Shown here one piece after another: positions 9,040 to 18,724 of a stretch of 64,000 nucleotides of DNA. A program made the translations under genes and the position numbers. How positions within the stretch are numbered: position 1 is the first letter of the stretch; every line of letters starts with the position of its first letter. This DNA comes from Pseudomonadota bacterium (GTDB taxonomy: Bacteria; Pseudomonadota; Gammaproteobacteria; Steroidobacterales; Steroidobacteraceae). The notes beneath the pieces were generated by a model, which was not told the DNA's origin, ran no database searches, and saw only the letters and a program-made list of their open reading frames with translations. The DNA lies in NCBI GenBank assembly GCA_023433515.1, contig JAEZCN010000191.1:214-64213 (forward strand), in the 5' to 3' direction.

Positions 9040-11415
9040 ATGAAACGAACCATTCGGCTTCTAGCAGCGGTGCTGGTCACCTGCGCATCGTCTGTTGCGA
9101 TGGCGCAAAGCGCGGACGGCGGAATGCGCATTGCCATCGTCAGCATGGAGACGCGGCGGCCCATCGAGGGCGTGACCGTGACCGCTTCCGGCCGCGACGG
9201 TACGGTCGTCACCGGTCGAACAGAGGCCGACGGCACAGTCGAATTAGCAAACCTTGACGCCGGACTCTATGCGGTCACGGCGGCCGGCCCCGGCCTGGTG
9301 ACCGTCAACGAACCCAGCGTACGTGTCGTCGGCCGCAGGGTGACTCCACTCAACTTCGAGATGCTCGGGGCACCGCTCGAGGAAGTCCTGGTTCAAGCCC
9401 GCGCGCTGAGTGCCGACCCGTATGGGGCGGTGAGCAGCTCACTATTGAACCGCGAAGAACTACGCAGCGCCGCTGGGACGGGTAGCGATGTCATGCGAGC
9501 GCTGGACGGCTTGCCGGGACTCGTATCCACCGGCGAATTCGCCAGCTTCTCCGTGCGCGGCCGTGGACCTCGGGACAACCTGATCCTGATCGACGAGTTC
9601 CCCTTCGACCGTGTGGTTCACTTCGACCAGACACTCGGTGAGGAGGAGGACATCGGTGGCGGTGGCCGCTATTCGATTTTCGCGCCTAACTCCATCGCGA
9701 GCGCCGAGTTCTCGCCCGGAGGCTGGAGCGCCGCCTATGGCGGGCGCTCGGGTTCGCTGTTGAAGCTCGATGTCGCGGGCGGCAGCCCGACGCCCAGTGC
9801 CAGTTTGCGGGTGGACATCGCAGGTCTCGAACTCGGCTACGAGGGACCAAGCGGCATCCACGATGGTACGACCATGTACTTCACCGCGCGTCAGTTCGAT
9901 TTCGGCGAAGTCTTCGAGATGATCGAAGAACTGGATATTGGCCAGCCGAAGCTCACCGATATCGTCCTCAAGACCGTCACGACCCTCGATTCCGGCGACA
10001 CGATCGAATTTCTGGGTGTTTATGCGCCGGAGGAATACACGCGCGACATAAACAACGTGCTCGAGTCCCCGAACTTCGAGGATGTGTCGCTGATGGACAC
10101 CGAGCAGGATCTGTACCTGACGGGGCTGACCTGGCGCCACCTGGTCGGTGAGACCGGTGAGTGGACGAATCGAATCTACTTTCGCTCGAACGACAAGACT
10201 TCAGCGGAGGGTGAGGCCTATCCAGACCTCGTTCCGGAGGGCACGCCGGCCGCGGACGTGCCGGTGCGCGAGCGCCTGATGACCGTCACCGAAAAGGAGA
10301 CCGAGATCGGCTGGCACAGTGACTACGTGACTCGCAATCGCCTCGGCCAGGTCTCGGCCGGGCTGCGCGTCTGGCAGACCGACGTCGATTACATGACTGT
10401 ACTCAGGGAGGACTGGGACCGGTTCGTCTATCGTTCGACCGACCCGCGCCCGCCCGGCCAGCAATACATCACGTTGACACCGGATAGCGTCGACTCGGTG
10501 TATGCGGCGAAGGAGACCAGTTATGCCGCCTATGGCGAGCAGTTGTTCGAGTTCGATCGCTGGGATCTGAGAGCAGGGCTTCGTTACGATCGCGATGGCT
10601 TTTCGGACGAATCGCTCGTGTCTCCGCGGCTTGCGGCGAACTGGCGCCCCACGCCGGGCACGCGCGTGTCGGCAACCGCGGGCGTGTTCTATCAGTCGCC
10701 ACGCTTCCTGGTTCGCGCGGCGAGCCCGGAGAACTTCGGTATCGAGAACGAGCGAATCACTCACGTGAGTGTCGGCTTCGAGAAGTACTTCGGACCGAAC
10801 TGGTCGTTGCTCGTCGAGCCGTATTATCAGTGGCTGGACAATCTCGTCGTCGAACAGGAACGCACCAGTGGCCGGGTCACGAACGATGGGGAAGGCACGA
10901 ATCTCGGCGTGGACGTCGTTCTGTCGCGGAACTTCGCGAATGGCTGGTTCGGGAACATCGTGTACGCCTACAACAACGCGCGCGTCGATGACAACGACGG
11001 CTTCGGGGAACACGATGCCGACTTCAATCGCGAGCACTTCTTCTCCATCGGTGGTAGTTGGGAGATCAGCGAACGCTGGAAAGTCGGGGCGCGCTGGAAA
11101 TGGGCGACCGGGCGACCCACGGACGACTACATCATCAACAGCGACGTGCTGGGACCCGGACAGCCGCTGCGGTACTCGAAGGAACTGACGCAGCAGAACG
11201 CGCTTCGGCTCGATGATCATCACTCGCTCAATATCCGGGTCGACTACCGGCGTACTCTTGGTCCGGTGGACCTGGTCGCATTCCTCGATGTGATCAACGT
11301 CTATGCGGGGCCGGGTACCGATGCGCAGGAGTTCGATCCGCGGCGGGGCATAATCGTCGCGGACGAAGGGGAAGCATTTCCCATCATCGGCCTGATCTTT
11401 GAACGTTCCTGGTGA
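9040..11415 (+). CDS. TonB-dependent receptor with N-terminal carboxypeptidase-regulatory-like domain
   Basis: Signal peptide MKRTIRLLAAVLVTCASSVAMAQ. CarbopepD_reg-like segment MRIAIVSMETRRPIEGVTVTASGRDGTVVTGRTEADGTVEL. Plug motifs: DVMRALDGLPGLV, FSVRGRGPRDNLILIDEFP. Barrel end ...GLIFERSW with an aromatic terminus. The listed ORF starts 363 nt too early. Confidence 0.9.
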   Translation: MKRTIRLLAAVLVTCASSVAMAQSADGGMRIAIVSMETRRPIEGVTVTASGRDGTVVTGRTEADGTVELANLDAGLYAVTAAGPGLVTVNEPSVRVVGRRVTPLNFEMLGAPLEEVLVQARALSADPYGAVSSSLLNREELRSAAGTGSDVMRALDGLPGLVSTGEFASFSVRGRGPRDNLILIDEFPFDRVVHFDQTLGEEEDIGGGGRYSIFAPNSIASAEFSPGGWSAAYGGRSGSLLKLDVAGGSPTPSASLRVDIAGLELGYEGPSGIHDGTTMYFTARQFDFGEVFEMIEELDIGQPKLTDIVLKTVTTLDSGDTIEFLGVYAPEEYTRDINNVLESPNFEDVSLMDTEQDLYLTGLTWRHLVGETGEWTNRIYFRSNDKTSAEGEAYPDLVPEGTPAADVPVRERLMTVTEKETEIGWHSDYVTRNRLGQVSAGLRVWQTDVDYMTVLREDWDRFVYRSTDPRPPGQQYITLTPDSVDSVYAAKETSYAAYGEQLFEFDRWDLRAGLRYDRDGFSDESLVSPRLAANWRPTPGTRVSATAGVFYQSPRFLVRAASPENFGIENERITHVSVGFEKYFGPNWSLLVEPYYQWLDNLVVEQERTSGRVTNDGEGTNLGVDVVLSRNFANGWFGNIVYAYNNARVDDNDGFGEHDADFNREHFFSIGGSWEISERWKVGARWKWATGRPTDDYIINSDVLGPGQPLRYSKELTQQNALRLDDHHSLNIRVDYRRTLGPVDLVAFLDVINVYAGPGTDAQEFDPRRGIIVADEGEAFPIIGLIFERSW

Positions 11416-12107
11416 CCGGGTTTGCCCAGAGAGATTGCTCATTGAGATTGCTCATCATCGAAGACAACCCGCGTCTCTGTCAGGCCGTCGCGCAGAGCCT
11501 GCACGCGCAAGGATTCGCAGTCGACACCGCGGCCTCGGCCACCGAGGGACTGCGAATCTGGGAAGCGGCCGACTACGATGCCGCCGTGCTCGATCTCATG
11601 CTCCCGGACGGCAACGGCCTCAACGCGCTGAAGGAAATGCGTGACCGAGGCAGCACGACACCCGTGCTGATCCTCACCGCGCTGGGTGCGATCGAGGATC
11701 GCGTGCGCGGCCTGGATTGCGGTGCGGACGACTATCTGGTCAAACCCTTCGCGATGCAGGAGCTCATCGCCCGGCTGCGCGCGCTGTTGCGTCGGCCGGG
11801 CGCGGCCCTGGGTCGCACGCTGATGCTCGGTAGTTTGAAGCTCGATACGTCCGCGCGCATCGCCACCGTCGCCGGGACGCAGCTCGATCTGACGCGCTCG
11901 GAGCTGATCGTGCTCGAAGCGCTGTTGCGCAATCAGGGTCGTGTCGTCTCGAAGGAGCGGCTTGTCGAATGCCTGTACGATTTTGAGCAGGAGCGCAGCG
12001 CGAATTCGGTGGAGACGCACGTGCACAGATTGCGCAAGAAGCTCGCGGCCGCGGGCGCCGACGTGTCGCTGCGGACACTGCGCGGTCTCGGCTATCTGGC
12101 CTCCTGA
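11412..12107 (+). CDS. OmpR/PhoB-family response regulator
   Basis: Receiver domain LRLLIIEDNPRL...DLMLPDGNG...LILTAL. Winged helix VETHVHRLRKKL...LRTLRGLGYL. The GTG at 11412 overlaps the receptor stop (GTGA). A TTG at 11442 (MRLLIIED) is an alternative start. Confidence 0.9.
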   Translation: MTGFAQRDCSLRLLIIEDNPRLCQAVAQSLHAQGFAVDTAASATEGLRIWEAADYDAAVLDLMLPDGNGLNALKEMRDRGSTTPVLILTALGAIEDRVRGLDCGADDYLVKPFAMQELIARLRALLRRPGAALGRTLMLGSLKLDTSARIATVAGTQLDLTRSELIVLEALLRNQGRVVSKERLVECLYDFEQERSANSVETHVHRLRKKLAAAGADVSLRTLRGLGYLAS

Positions 12108-12117
12108 TCGCGGCTCG

Positions 12118-13464
12118 ATGCGCGCACCGTCCCTGCTTCGTTCACTCGTCGTCCGGCTGACCATCGTGGTCGTGCTGGCGCTCGCCGTCAGCTATCTGGT
12201 GTTGTACTCCGAGTTTCGGGAAGGGCTGTGGGGTCTGGAAGGGCAGAGCATTGCCGTCCAGGTGCAGGACCTGCGTGCGTCGGTCGTGTCGGAGAACGGT
12301 CCGCCGCGACTCGAATTGCCCCGCTCCCTTCAAGAGTTCTACGCCCGACCGGATGCGTTGAACGGCTATCAATTGCTGAGCGCGAATGGGTCGGTGCTTC
12401 AGTCGGGCGGATTCTCCGCGCCTTATCTGCCATTGCCGAACGTTCAAGGCGGCGGGCAGATCGTCATGCAGCGGGAAACGGATGCGTCGTCGGGCAACAG
12501 CGTCATGGCTGCCACGCTCTATCTGGATGATCGGCACTGGTTGCGTGTGGTGCGGAACCTGGAGGATGAAGAGAGTCTGGTCGCCCAGCTCATGCTCGGC
12601 GCGTTGGACGAGCTCTATTGGCCGATTGCCCTGCTGCTGATCGCCGTGGTCGGCGTCGTGGTCGTGACGGTGCGGTCTTCGCTTCGTTCCTTGCGTGCCG
12701 TCTCCCATCAGGCCTCGACGTTGTCGCTGAGTCGTCTGGACGAGCGGTTGCATGCCAAGAACCTTCCCCGGGAGCTCGTCCCGCTGGTCAACGCAGTCAA
12801 CACCTCGCTCGATCGGCTCGAGGCGGACTATCGCGTACAGAGGGAATTTTCCGCCAACGCCGCGCATCAGCTGCGCACCCCGCTGGCGACATTGCGAGCG
12901 CGGCTCGAATCCCGCTTTTCGGCGCAGGAGCTGGGCGATGTCGCATTCGAAATCGAACAGCTCGCGCGGCTCGTCGAGCAACTGCTCTGTCTAGCGCGCC
13001 TCGATTCGCAGGAACAGTTCCAGTTCGCCGAGTTCGACGCTCACGCCGTTGCGCTGGAAGTGGCGCGGGAGCTGGCGCCTGTTGCGCTCGAATCAGAGCA
13101 CTACCTGACCGCCGTGACGCCCGACGCTTCCGTGCCTGCGCACGGGAATGCAACGCTGACGCGCCTGGTTTTTCGCAACCTGATCGAGAACGCGATTCAG
13201 TACACGCCCGCCGGCACGTCGATCACGCTGTCCGCTGATTCCGGCACTGTGATCATTGCCGATGACGGTCCGGGAATCGCCGCGCTTGCCGTTGCCTCAC
13301 TGTTCGAGAGGTTCCGGCGCGCTCCCGATGCCACGGGTCCCGGTGCGGGCCTGGGGCTTGCGATCGCGAAGTGCATCATGGAACGGCAGGGAGGGCGGCT
13401 GGCGCTCGACGCGAATGCGACGCGCGGCGCGCGTTTCGTGATGGAGTTTCCGGAACCCATGTAG
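12118..13464 (+). CDS. Sensor histidine kinase (two TM segments, HisKA + HATPase_c)
   Basis: H-box FSANAAHQLRTPLATL. ATP-lid motifs IADDGPGI and GAGLGLAIAKCIME. The ATG at 12118 lies 10 nt after the regulator's stop. Confidence 0.9.
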   Translation: MRAPSLLRSLVVRLTIVVVLALAVSYLVLYSEFREGLWGLEGQSIAVQVQDLRASVVSENGPPRLELPRSLQEFYARPDALNGYQLLSANGSVLQSGGFSAPYLPLPNVQGGGQIVMQRETDASSGNSVMAATLYLDDRHWLRVVRNLEDEESLVAQLMLGALDELYWPIALLLIAVVGVVVVTVRSSLRSLRAVSHQASTLSLSRLDERLHAKNLPRELVPLVNAVNTSLDRLEADYRVQREFSANAAHQLRTPLATLRARLESRFSAQELGDVAFEIEQLARLVEQLLCLARLDSQEQFQFAEFDAHAVALEVARELAPVALESEHYLTAVTPDASVPAHGNATLTRLVFRNLIENAIQYTPAGTSITLSADSGTVIIADDGPGIAALAVASLFERFRRAPDATGPGAGLGLAIAKCIMERQGGRLALDANATRGARFVMEFPEPM

Positions 13465-13496
13465 GTCACGGGTGGTTTGGACTTGCCGTTCGCCAG

Positions 13497-14327
13497 CTAA
13501 CGGTGCGAAGCAAGACGCCGGTCATACGCATCGCCAAATTGGATGATGCGACGTGTGCCTAGTTTGTCGCCATTCATGAACTCGTCGAATCGCGCGGTCA
13601 CTTCGATCATCGCCTTGCCGATCTGCTCGGCTTTCACCGCGGCGCCGATGGGCGCAAAGAACCAATAGAGAAGGCGCTGGCCAGCATGCGCCTCTTCGTC
13701 GGTCGGGCCGATGTAGTCCGGCCGATAGGCGATCACGCGCAGTCTGGTTTCCGCGGCGAGCTCGAATAGCGTTCGCTCGGCCCGGACCTTCTCGCGCGCC
13801 CACATCGCCGTCGAATCATCCGAGATATCGCTGGAACTGATGTAGTGGAACGAAATCTCGGGCATTTGGCTGACCTCGAGCCACTTCGAAACGAACCTCG
13901 CGGGATAGGTGACGTGAATCGTGCCGTAGGTTTTTTCGTCGACGCCGAGGGAGCTGATTCCGATCGCCCAGAAAACCGCATCCGCGGCGGCTATCTGATC
14001 GCCAATCGCGGAATAGTCGAGATAGTCCTGATGCAAAGTCATCTGGATCTTTCCAGACGCGACGCCTTGTTCGATTCGCGGAGTCATGCGACGTGTGATG
14101 ACGTGGATCTTCTGGATGTCGGAGCTGGCCAAGGCGGCTTTCAGAATGCCGTCCCCAGCCGTTCCGCTGGCGCCAAAGATCGCGATTGTCTTGTTGCCCG
14201 CTGCCGGGTTCGCGAGAGCCGCTACCTCGTCGTCGCGCAACGCCAGGCTCACTGCTGCGCAGGCGTACACCACCGCAAACAGTATCAGCGGGATGAGCAG
14301 AATGGTCCGCTTGCCGGGCTTCTTCAT
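13497..14327 (-). CDS. NAD(P)-binding Rossmann-fold protein (atypical SDR/NmrA-like) with N-terminal membrane anchor
   Basis: MKKPGKRTILLIPLILFAVVYACAAV..., then KTIAIFGASGTAGDGILKAAL (GxxGxxG). GAGGAAG SD. Confidence 0.75.
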   Translation of the reverse strand: MKKPGKRTILLIPLILFAVVYACAAVSLALRDDEVAALANPAAGNKTIAIFGASGTAGDGILKAALASSDIQKIHVITRRMTPRIEQGVASGKIQMTLHQDYLDYSAIGDQIAAADAVFWAIGISSLGVDEKTYGTIHVTYPARFVSKWLEVSQMPEISFHYISSSDISDDSTAMWAREKVRAERTLFELAAETRLRVIAYRPDYIGPTDEEAHAGQRLLYWFFAPIGAAVKAEQIGKAMIEVTARFDEFMNGDKLGTRRIIQFGDAYDRRLASHR

Positions 14328-14451
14328 GGGGTAACCGCTTCCTCACTTGGTCAAGGCACAGGTAGTTAAAGCACAGGCGCCGCGTGTTCAGGCTGCATTT
14401 TCGCTGCGAGAGGTCTACTCTCGCCCCTCCCGAGCCCCGGAGGAAGCCCTC

Positions 14452-16131
14452 ATGAAACGCGCTGTCGTGCTGACGCTGATCGTGCTGCTCGCATTTGCTG
14501 GCGGCTACTTCCTCTCTCGCACGGACCATAGCACCCCTCCGGCGCCGCAGCTCGAACCGGTGGGCGCGACGCTGCTCGAAGGTCTTGGCGACTACAGCAT
14601 GCCTGTCAGCACCGAGCATCCCGAAGCTCAGCGCTGGTTCAACCAAGGCCTCATGCTGACATACGGCTTCAACCACGACGCCGCGGAGCGCTCGTTCCTC
14701 AAGGCCGCCGAGCTCGATCCAAACTGCGCGATGTGCTGGTGGGGCGCCGCGCTGGTGCTCGGGCCGCACGTCAATTCGGGCATGGACGCGACTAACAATC
14801 CCAAGGCTTGGGATCGGCTGCAGCGCGCTCAGATGTCAGCCTCGACCGCGGACAAGCGCGAGCAGGCCTACATTCAGGCCTTGTCCGCGCGGTATGCGCA
14901 AGACCCGCCCGAGGACCGCCGTCCTCTCGACCAGGCGTATGCAAGCGCAATGGCGAGCCTGGTCCAGCAGTATCCGGACGATCTCGACGCGGCAACGCTG
15001 TACGCCGAATCGTTGATGAACCTTCAGCCATGGGACTACTGGGACGCCCAGGGTCGCCCGACTGGCAACACGGCAGAGGTCGTTTCCCGGCTCGAATCGG
15101 TCATCTCGCGCAATGCCGATCACGCCGGCGCGCTGCACCTGTACGTGCACGCGGTGGAAGCTTCGAACGAGCCGGAACGTGGCGTCGCGGCGGCGGATCG
15201 CCTGCGTGAGCTGATTCCCGGCTCAGGTCATCTCGTGCACATGCCGGCGCACATCTATGCGCGCGTCGGTCGTTATCACGACGCGGTGATCGCGAACCAG
15301 AAAGCCATCGCGTCGGACGATGCGTATCTCGCCAGGTGCAGGCCGCAGCCCGGCGTCTATCCACTGGGCTACGTGCCGCACAACCACCACTTCCTGTGGT
15401 TCGCGGCCACGATGGAAGGCGCGAGCGCCGTCGCGATGGAAGCTGCGAAGGCCACCAGTGCACGCACCAGCGACCCAACGCTGATGCGCACCGCGGGATT
15501 CGAGGCGATGCAGGTGTTCTCGCTCACGCCGCTGTTTGCGAATGTGCGCTTCGGGCGCTGGCAGGACGTCGAGGGCACGCCGCGCCCGGAGGACGATCTG
15601 CCCTACATGATTGCGATGTGGCACTACGCCCAGGGAATCGCGGCCGTACGCCAGGGCAAGCCGGACGAGGCGCGAAGCCATCACGAGGCCATCGTCGCGG
15701 CTGCTCGCGATCCGGCGATCGAGAAAATGAAAGTCTGGGATCGCTACTCGATCATCAATGGCGTTCGTATCGCCGAGCGTGTGCTGGCGGCGGAGCTGGC
15801 CCGCGCTCAGAAGGACTACGCCACGGCTGCCGCCGCCCTGAGAGAAGCCGTCGCGCTGGAGGATTCGATTCCCTACGACGAGCCGCCGGGCTGGCACGCG
15901 CCGGTTCGCCAGACACTCGGCGCCGTGCTGTTGCAGAGCGGCAAGGCAGCGGAGGCCCAGGCGATCTTCGTGGAAGAGCTGCGCCGCAATCCCGAAAACG
16001 GATGGTCGCTGTTCGGACTGGAGAAATCGCTGCGAGCCCAGGGCCGCAAGCAGGAAGCCGGCGACGTCGCCGAGCGTTTCCAGCGCGCGTGGATGAATGC
16101 GGATGTCGAGTTGAACGTCGCGACGCTGTAA
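14452..16131 (+). CDS. Exported/anchored tetratricopeptide-repeat-like protein (559 aa)
   Basis: An internal ATG at 14452 gives MKRAVVLTLIVLLAFAGGYFL, with GGAGGAAG upstream. The protein is helical-repeat-rich, with TPR-like segments such as AERSFLKAAELDPNCAM and AQAIFVEELRRNPENGWSLFGL. Confidence 0.7.
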   Translation: MKRAVVLTLIVLLAFAGGYFLSRTDHSTPPAPQLEPVGATLLEGLGDYSMPVSTEHPEAQRWFNQGLMLTYGFNHDAAERSFLKAAELDPNCAMCWWGAALVLGPHVNSGMDATNNPKAWDRLQRAQMSASTADKREQAYIQALSARYAQDPPEDRRPLDQAYASAMASLVQQYPDDLDAATLYAESLMNLQPWDYWDAQGRPTGNTAEVVSRLESVISRNADHAGALHLYVHAVEASNEPERGVAAADRLRELIPGSGHLVHMPAHIYARVGRYHDAVIANQKAIASDDAYLARCRPQPGVYPLGYVPHNHHFLWFAATMEGASAVAMEAAKATSARTSDPTLMRTAGFEAMQVFSLTPLFANVRFGRWQDVEGTPRPEDDLPYMIAMWHYAQGIAAVRQGKPDEARSHHEAIVAAARDPAIEKMKVWDRYSIINGVRIAERVLAAELARAQKDYATAAAALREAVALEDSIPYDEPPGWHAPVRQTLGAVLLQSGKAAEAQAIFVEELRRNPENGWSLFGLEKSLRAQGRKQEAGDVAERFQRAWMNADVELNVATL

Positions 16132-16175
16132 CTAGAGAGGGTACGGGCGTGCCAGGGTGCGTAGATAAGGAGTCT

Positions 16176-16265
16176 CCCGTATCTCTGGGGCTACCAAATA
16201 CCGCCTTTCGGTTGATTCAGTATCCCAACGGCTACATTTGGCATTGAGATCCTGTATCTCAGGGG
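16176..16265. repeat. Two related 15-mers, CCCGTATCTCTGGGG (16176-16190) and CCTGTATCTCAGGGG (16251-16265), in a visibly lower-GC intergenic stretch
   Basis: 13 of 15 positions are identical. Each 15-mer is flanked by short inverted CC(C/T)G...(C/T)GGG ends. They lie upstream of the small ORFs at 16314/16357. Confidence 0.4.
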
Positions 16266-16356
16266 ATGCCATGCCTGGCCGAACTCGCAATTCTGTAACC
16301 CGTGGGATACAGCATGAGCACTCTCGCCGACGTGGCGGACATGCTGAAAGCAGTCC

Positions 16357-16578
16357 GTGACCTGGGCCCCTGGAAAATCTCTCGAAACGTTCTTCAAGGC
16401 GAGGCTCGGTGTCGCGCCTCGTGAATACGCGGAAATGGTCGAACGGGTTTGCGAGTCGGCGGTGGAAGTTGGCCATGAGTTGATCGAAGCCGCAAAGAAC
16501 GAGCCTCGCTGGCACGACATTGCAAAGCAAATGACCCATGCATGGGACGATGGGATGGCCTCACTGCGTCGGAAGTAG
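16357..16578 (+). CDS. Small hypothetical ORF (73 aa, GTG start), possibly the 3' part of a frameshifted gene that begins at the ATG at 16314
   Basis: The ATG at 16314 opens MSTLADVADMLKAVRDLGPW..., which stops after 36 codons. The +1 frame continues as ...GKSLETFFKARLGVAPREYAEMVERV... to 16578. The frame switch would fall in the run gggcccctgg. Confidence 0.3.
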   Translation: MTWAPGKSLETFFKARLGVAPREYAEMVERVCESAVEVGHELIEAAKNEPRWHDIAKQMTHAWDDGMASLRRK

Positions 16579-18099
16579 TCAGGCCCGGCTGGCGTCCACG
16601 CTGGCATTGAGCTCCGCCGCGAGTCTTCGCGCCACATCCACAGGCAGATATCGAATGCGAACGCCGGCTGACCTCGCGCCTCCTCCTCCAGCGGTATCCA
16701 CTGTCAGGCTCGCCATGTGCCGGCGCCGGTCGAAAGGTGACGTCGACACGTTCAGCGACTGCACACGGTCGCGCGGCACGATCGTCAACTGGCGTGTCAG
16801 CCAGCCCGACCGGAACAGCAACACGTCGCGCTGCAGCGCCCAGCGCGTGTGCTTCACGTACAGATGCGCATGCATCCACGCGAGTCCAACCGCGATCGGA
16901 ACGGCGAAAACAGCGGCCTCGCGCAGGTACCACCAGGTCGGTCCCACGAAGATCGGAAGGAGCAGCAGGGCGCCGCGCCGGAAAATGCGCGAGCGAGCTC
17001 CTGGTGCGAGCGGTTGCCAGTCCGTCTGCGCGGCGGGATCGAAGACGGGTAGCGCCGCGGCGATCAACGCCGGCGCCGCGGCGGTGGGGCAGACGGGCGC
17101 CAGCCAGCGTGTCTTCATCCGCTCCGGGTTGGGCCGCTCTTCTTCGCCGCCGCCGTCGCCCGCCAGATCCACATCCAGGGAGACTCTGCCAAACAGTCGA
17201 TGCAGCGGCGACTCCGACTGATGCACCGCCTGGATCCGGCGTATCCGCAGCGTGAGGGCGATGCTCGTGAATAGTCCATAACGCGCACGCAGATCCCCGG
17301 CGTGCCGCGTCAGCGTGAAATCGTGCAGCGTTATCAACGCCACCACGACCGAAAGGATTCGTACGGCGAGCAGCGCCGAGACGATCACGAGGAGGGCGAG
17401 CAGAATCTGCATCGCCATCCCGAGCCCTGCGACGCCGCTGAGCGCCGATGAATGCAGCCATTCGTCGATGAACTCGCGATTCACGTCGAAGAAGCCCGCT
17501 TGCTGCATCAATCCGGCGCCGGCGGCCACGAGGATCAGGCCGCGGTTGTCGATCAGTCCGTGACGCACCAGTTCCATCGGCGACAGATGCAGCAGCGGCG
17601 GCTCGTCGGGCGCTTGCGCCGCTTCCGTGGCGGGTTGCGAATCGGCGAACACCCGTTGGCGCATCTCCTGGACCGCGTTCGAGTCCAGCACGCTGATGAG
17701 CGCTTCGGGCTTTCCGCCGGTGGAGGTCTGCACGCGCACCTGTGCGACGTTCAGCAGCCGATGCAGCGGCCCGCGCTCGGTATCGATGTTCTCGATGCGC
17801 GAATACTCGATCTGGCGCACGTTCCGGAATATCACCCCGTCGCGAATCACCAGGCCGCGGGGGCCGAATCCATAGCGAAAGGTCCATTGATGCCACACGG
17901 CGCGTACGAGCATCGCGCCTACGAATACCAGAGCGAGAGGCGTGCCTATCCAGTCGTCGTCGCGGCGCGCGCCGAATAGCAGGAGCACGATGAGCGGGAA
18001 GATCAGTTGCCGCACCGAGCCCGTCAGCGCGAACAGCCAGGACGACCGATGCAATCGCAGTGTCGGCTCGAATTCCGCCGCGCCGCCTTCAGACGCCAC
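16579..18099 (-). CDS. YdbT-like membrane protein with three bacterial PH (bPH_2/DUF304) domains
   Basis: TM hairpins alternate with PH-like modules, e.g. RYGFGPRGLVIRDGVIFRNVRQIEYSRIENIDTERGPLHRLLNVAQVRV. The GTG at 18099 overlaps the ydbS-like stop by 11 nt. The listed start at 18150 would overlap by 62 nt. Confidence 0.8.
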   Translation of the reverse strand: MASEGGAAEFEPTLRLHRSSWLFALTGSVRQLIFPLIVLLLFGARRDDDWIGTPLALVFVGAMLVRAVWHQWTFRYGFGPRGLVIRDGVIFRNVRQIEYSRIENIDTERGPLHRLLNVAQVRVQTSTGGKPEALISVLDSNAVQEMRQRVFADSQPATEAAQAPDEPPLLHLSPMELVRHGLIDNRGLILVAAGAGLMQQAGFFDVNREFIDEWLHSSALSGVAGLGMAMQILLALLVIVSALLAVRILSVVVALITLHDFTLTRHAGDLRARYGLFTSIALTLRIRRIQAVHQSESPLHRLFGRVSLDVDLAGDGGGEEERPNPERMKTRWLAPVCPTAAAPALIAAALPVFDPAAQTDWQPLAPGARSRIFRRGALLLLPIFVGPTWWYLREAAVFAVPIAVGLAWMHAHLYVKHTRWALQRDVLLFRSGWLTRQLTIVPRDRVQSLNVSTSPFDRRRHMASLTVDTAGGGGARSAGVRIRYLPVDVARRLAAELNASVDASRA

Positions 18100-18544
18100 T
18101 GTCGCGATTCTCCGCGAGCAACGCGTCGCGTAACGCGATGGCATCCGCATGCGCGAGGCCGGGTAGTTCGATCTTCGTGTAGCGGCTGCCGGCCGTGTAC
18201 AACTTCAACGTGCCGACACCGAAGCGCCGCTGCAGCGGCCCTTGCGAGACATCCGTGTGCTGGATGCGCGCCCGCGGCAGCGCGATCCTCGACCGCCAGA
18301 GGACGCCGCGCTCGATTGCGATGCCGGTCGCATCGACGCCGAATCGCAGGCGCCGGTAATACGCCTCCGGCCAGACCCAGCTGAGCGTCAATCCGACCGC
18401 GGCAATGAGCAGTGGCACCAACAGACCGGGCGCACCGAATCGGATGACGAGACCGCATGCGCAGACGGTGGCAATCGAGGTCATCAGCAGACCTTGCCAG
18501 CGCCACACGATGATCACGGCACGGTCGACTTGAGAGGTTTCCAT
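18089..18544 (-). CDS. YdbS-like membrane protein with a single bacterial PH domain
   Basis: Two TM helices, then RFGVDATGIAIERGVLWRSRIALPRARIQHTDVSQGPLQRRFGVGTLKLYTAG. It lies immediately upstream of the YdbT-like gene, the classical pairing. Confidence 0.8.
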   Translation of the reverse strand: METSQVDRAVIIVWRWQGLLMTSIATVCACGLVIRFGAPGLLVPLLIAAVGLTLSWVWPEAYYRRLRFGVDATGIAIERGVLWRSRIALPRARIQHTDVSQGPLQRRFGVGTLKLYTAGSRYTKIELPGLAHADAIALRDALLAENRDSGV

Positions 18545-18724
18545 CGGCTGCCTGCTCGCGAAAACAGCATTGTAATCGTCCGCGCAAGGTCGGAGTTCCA
18601 GTCTCCTGATCGAAGCCCATCACGAAATGACTGCAAGATTGCTGATTTTGGCGGCGGAGAAGTTAAAGTCGGAGGTGGTGCGTAAGGCCTGATCCCGGAT
18701 CGGCGCCTGACAGGGGGCAAAGGG

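Noticed and set aside
10201-11442. 413-aa minus-strand ORF
   Set aside because: It is antisense to the TonB-dependent receptor barrel. This is typical GC3-driven open-frame noise.
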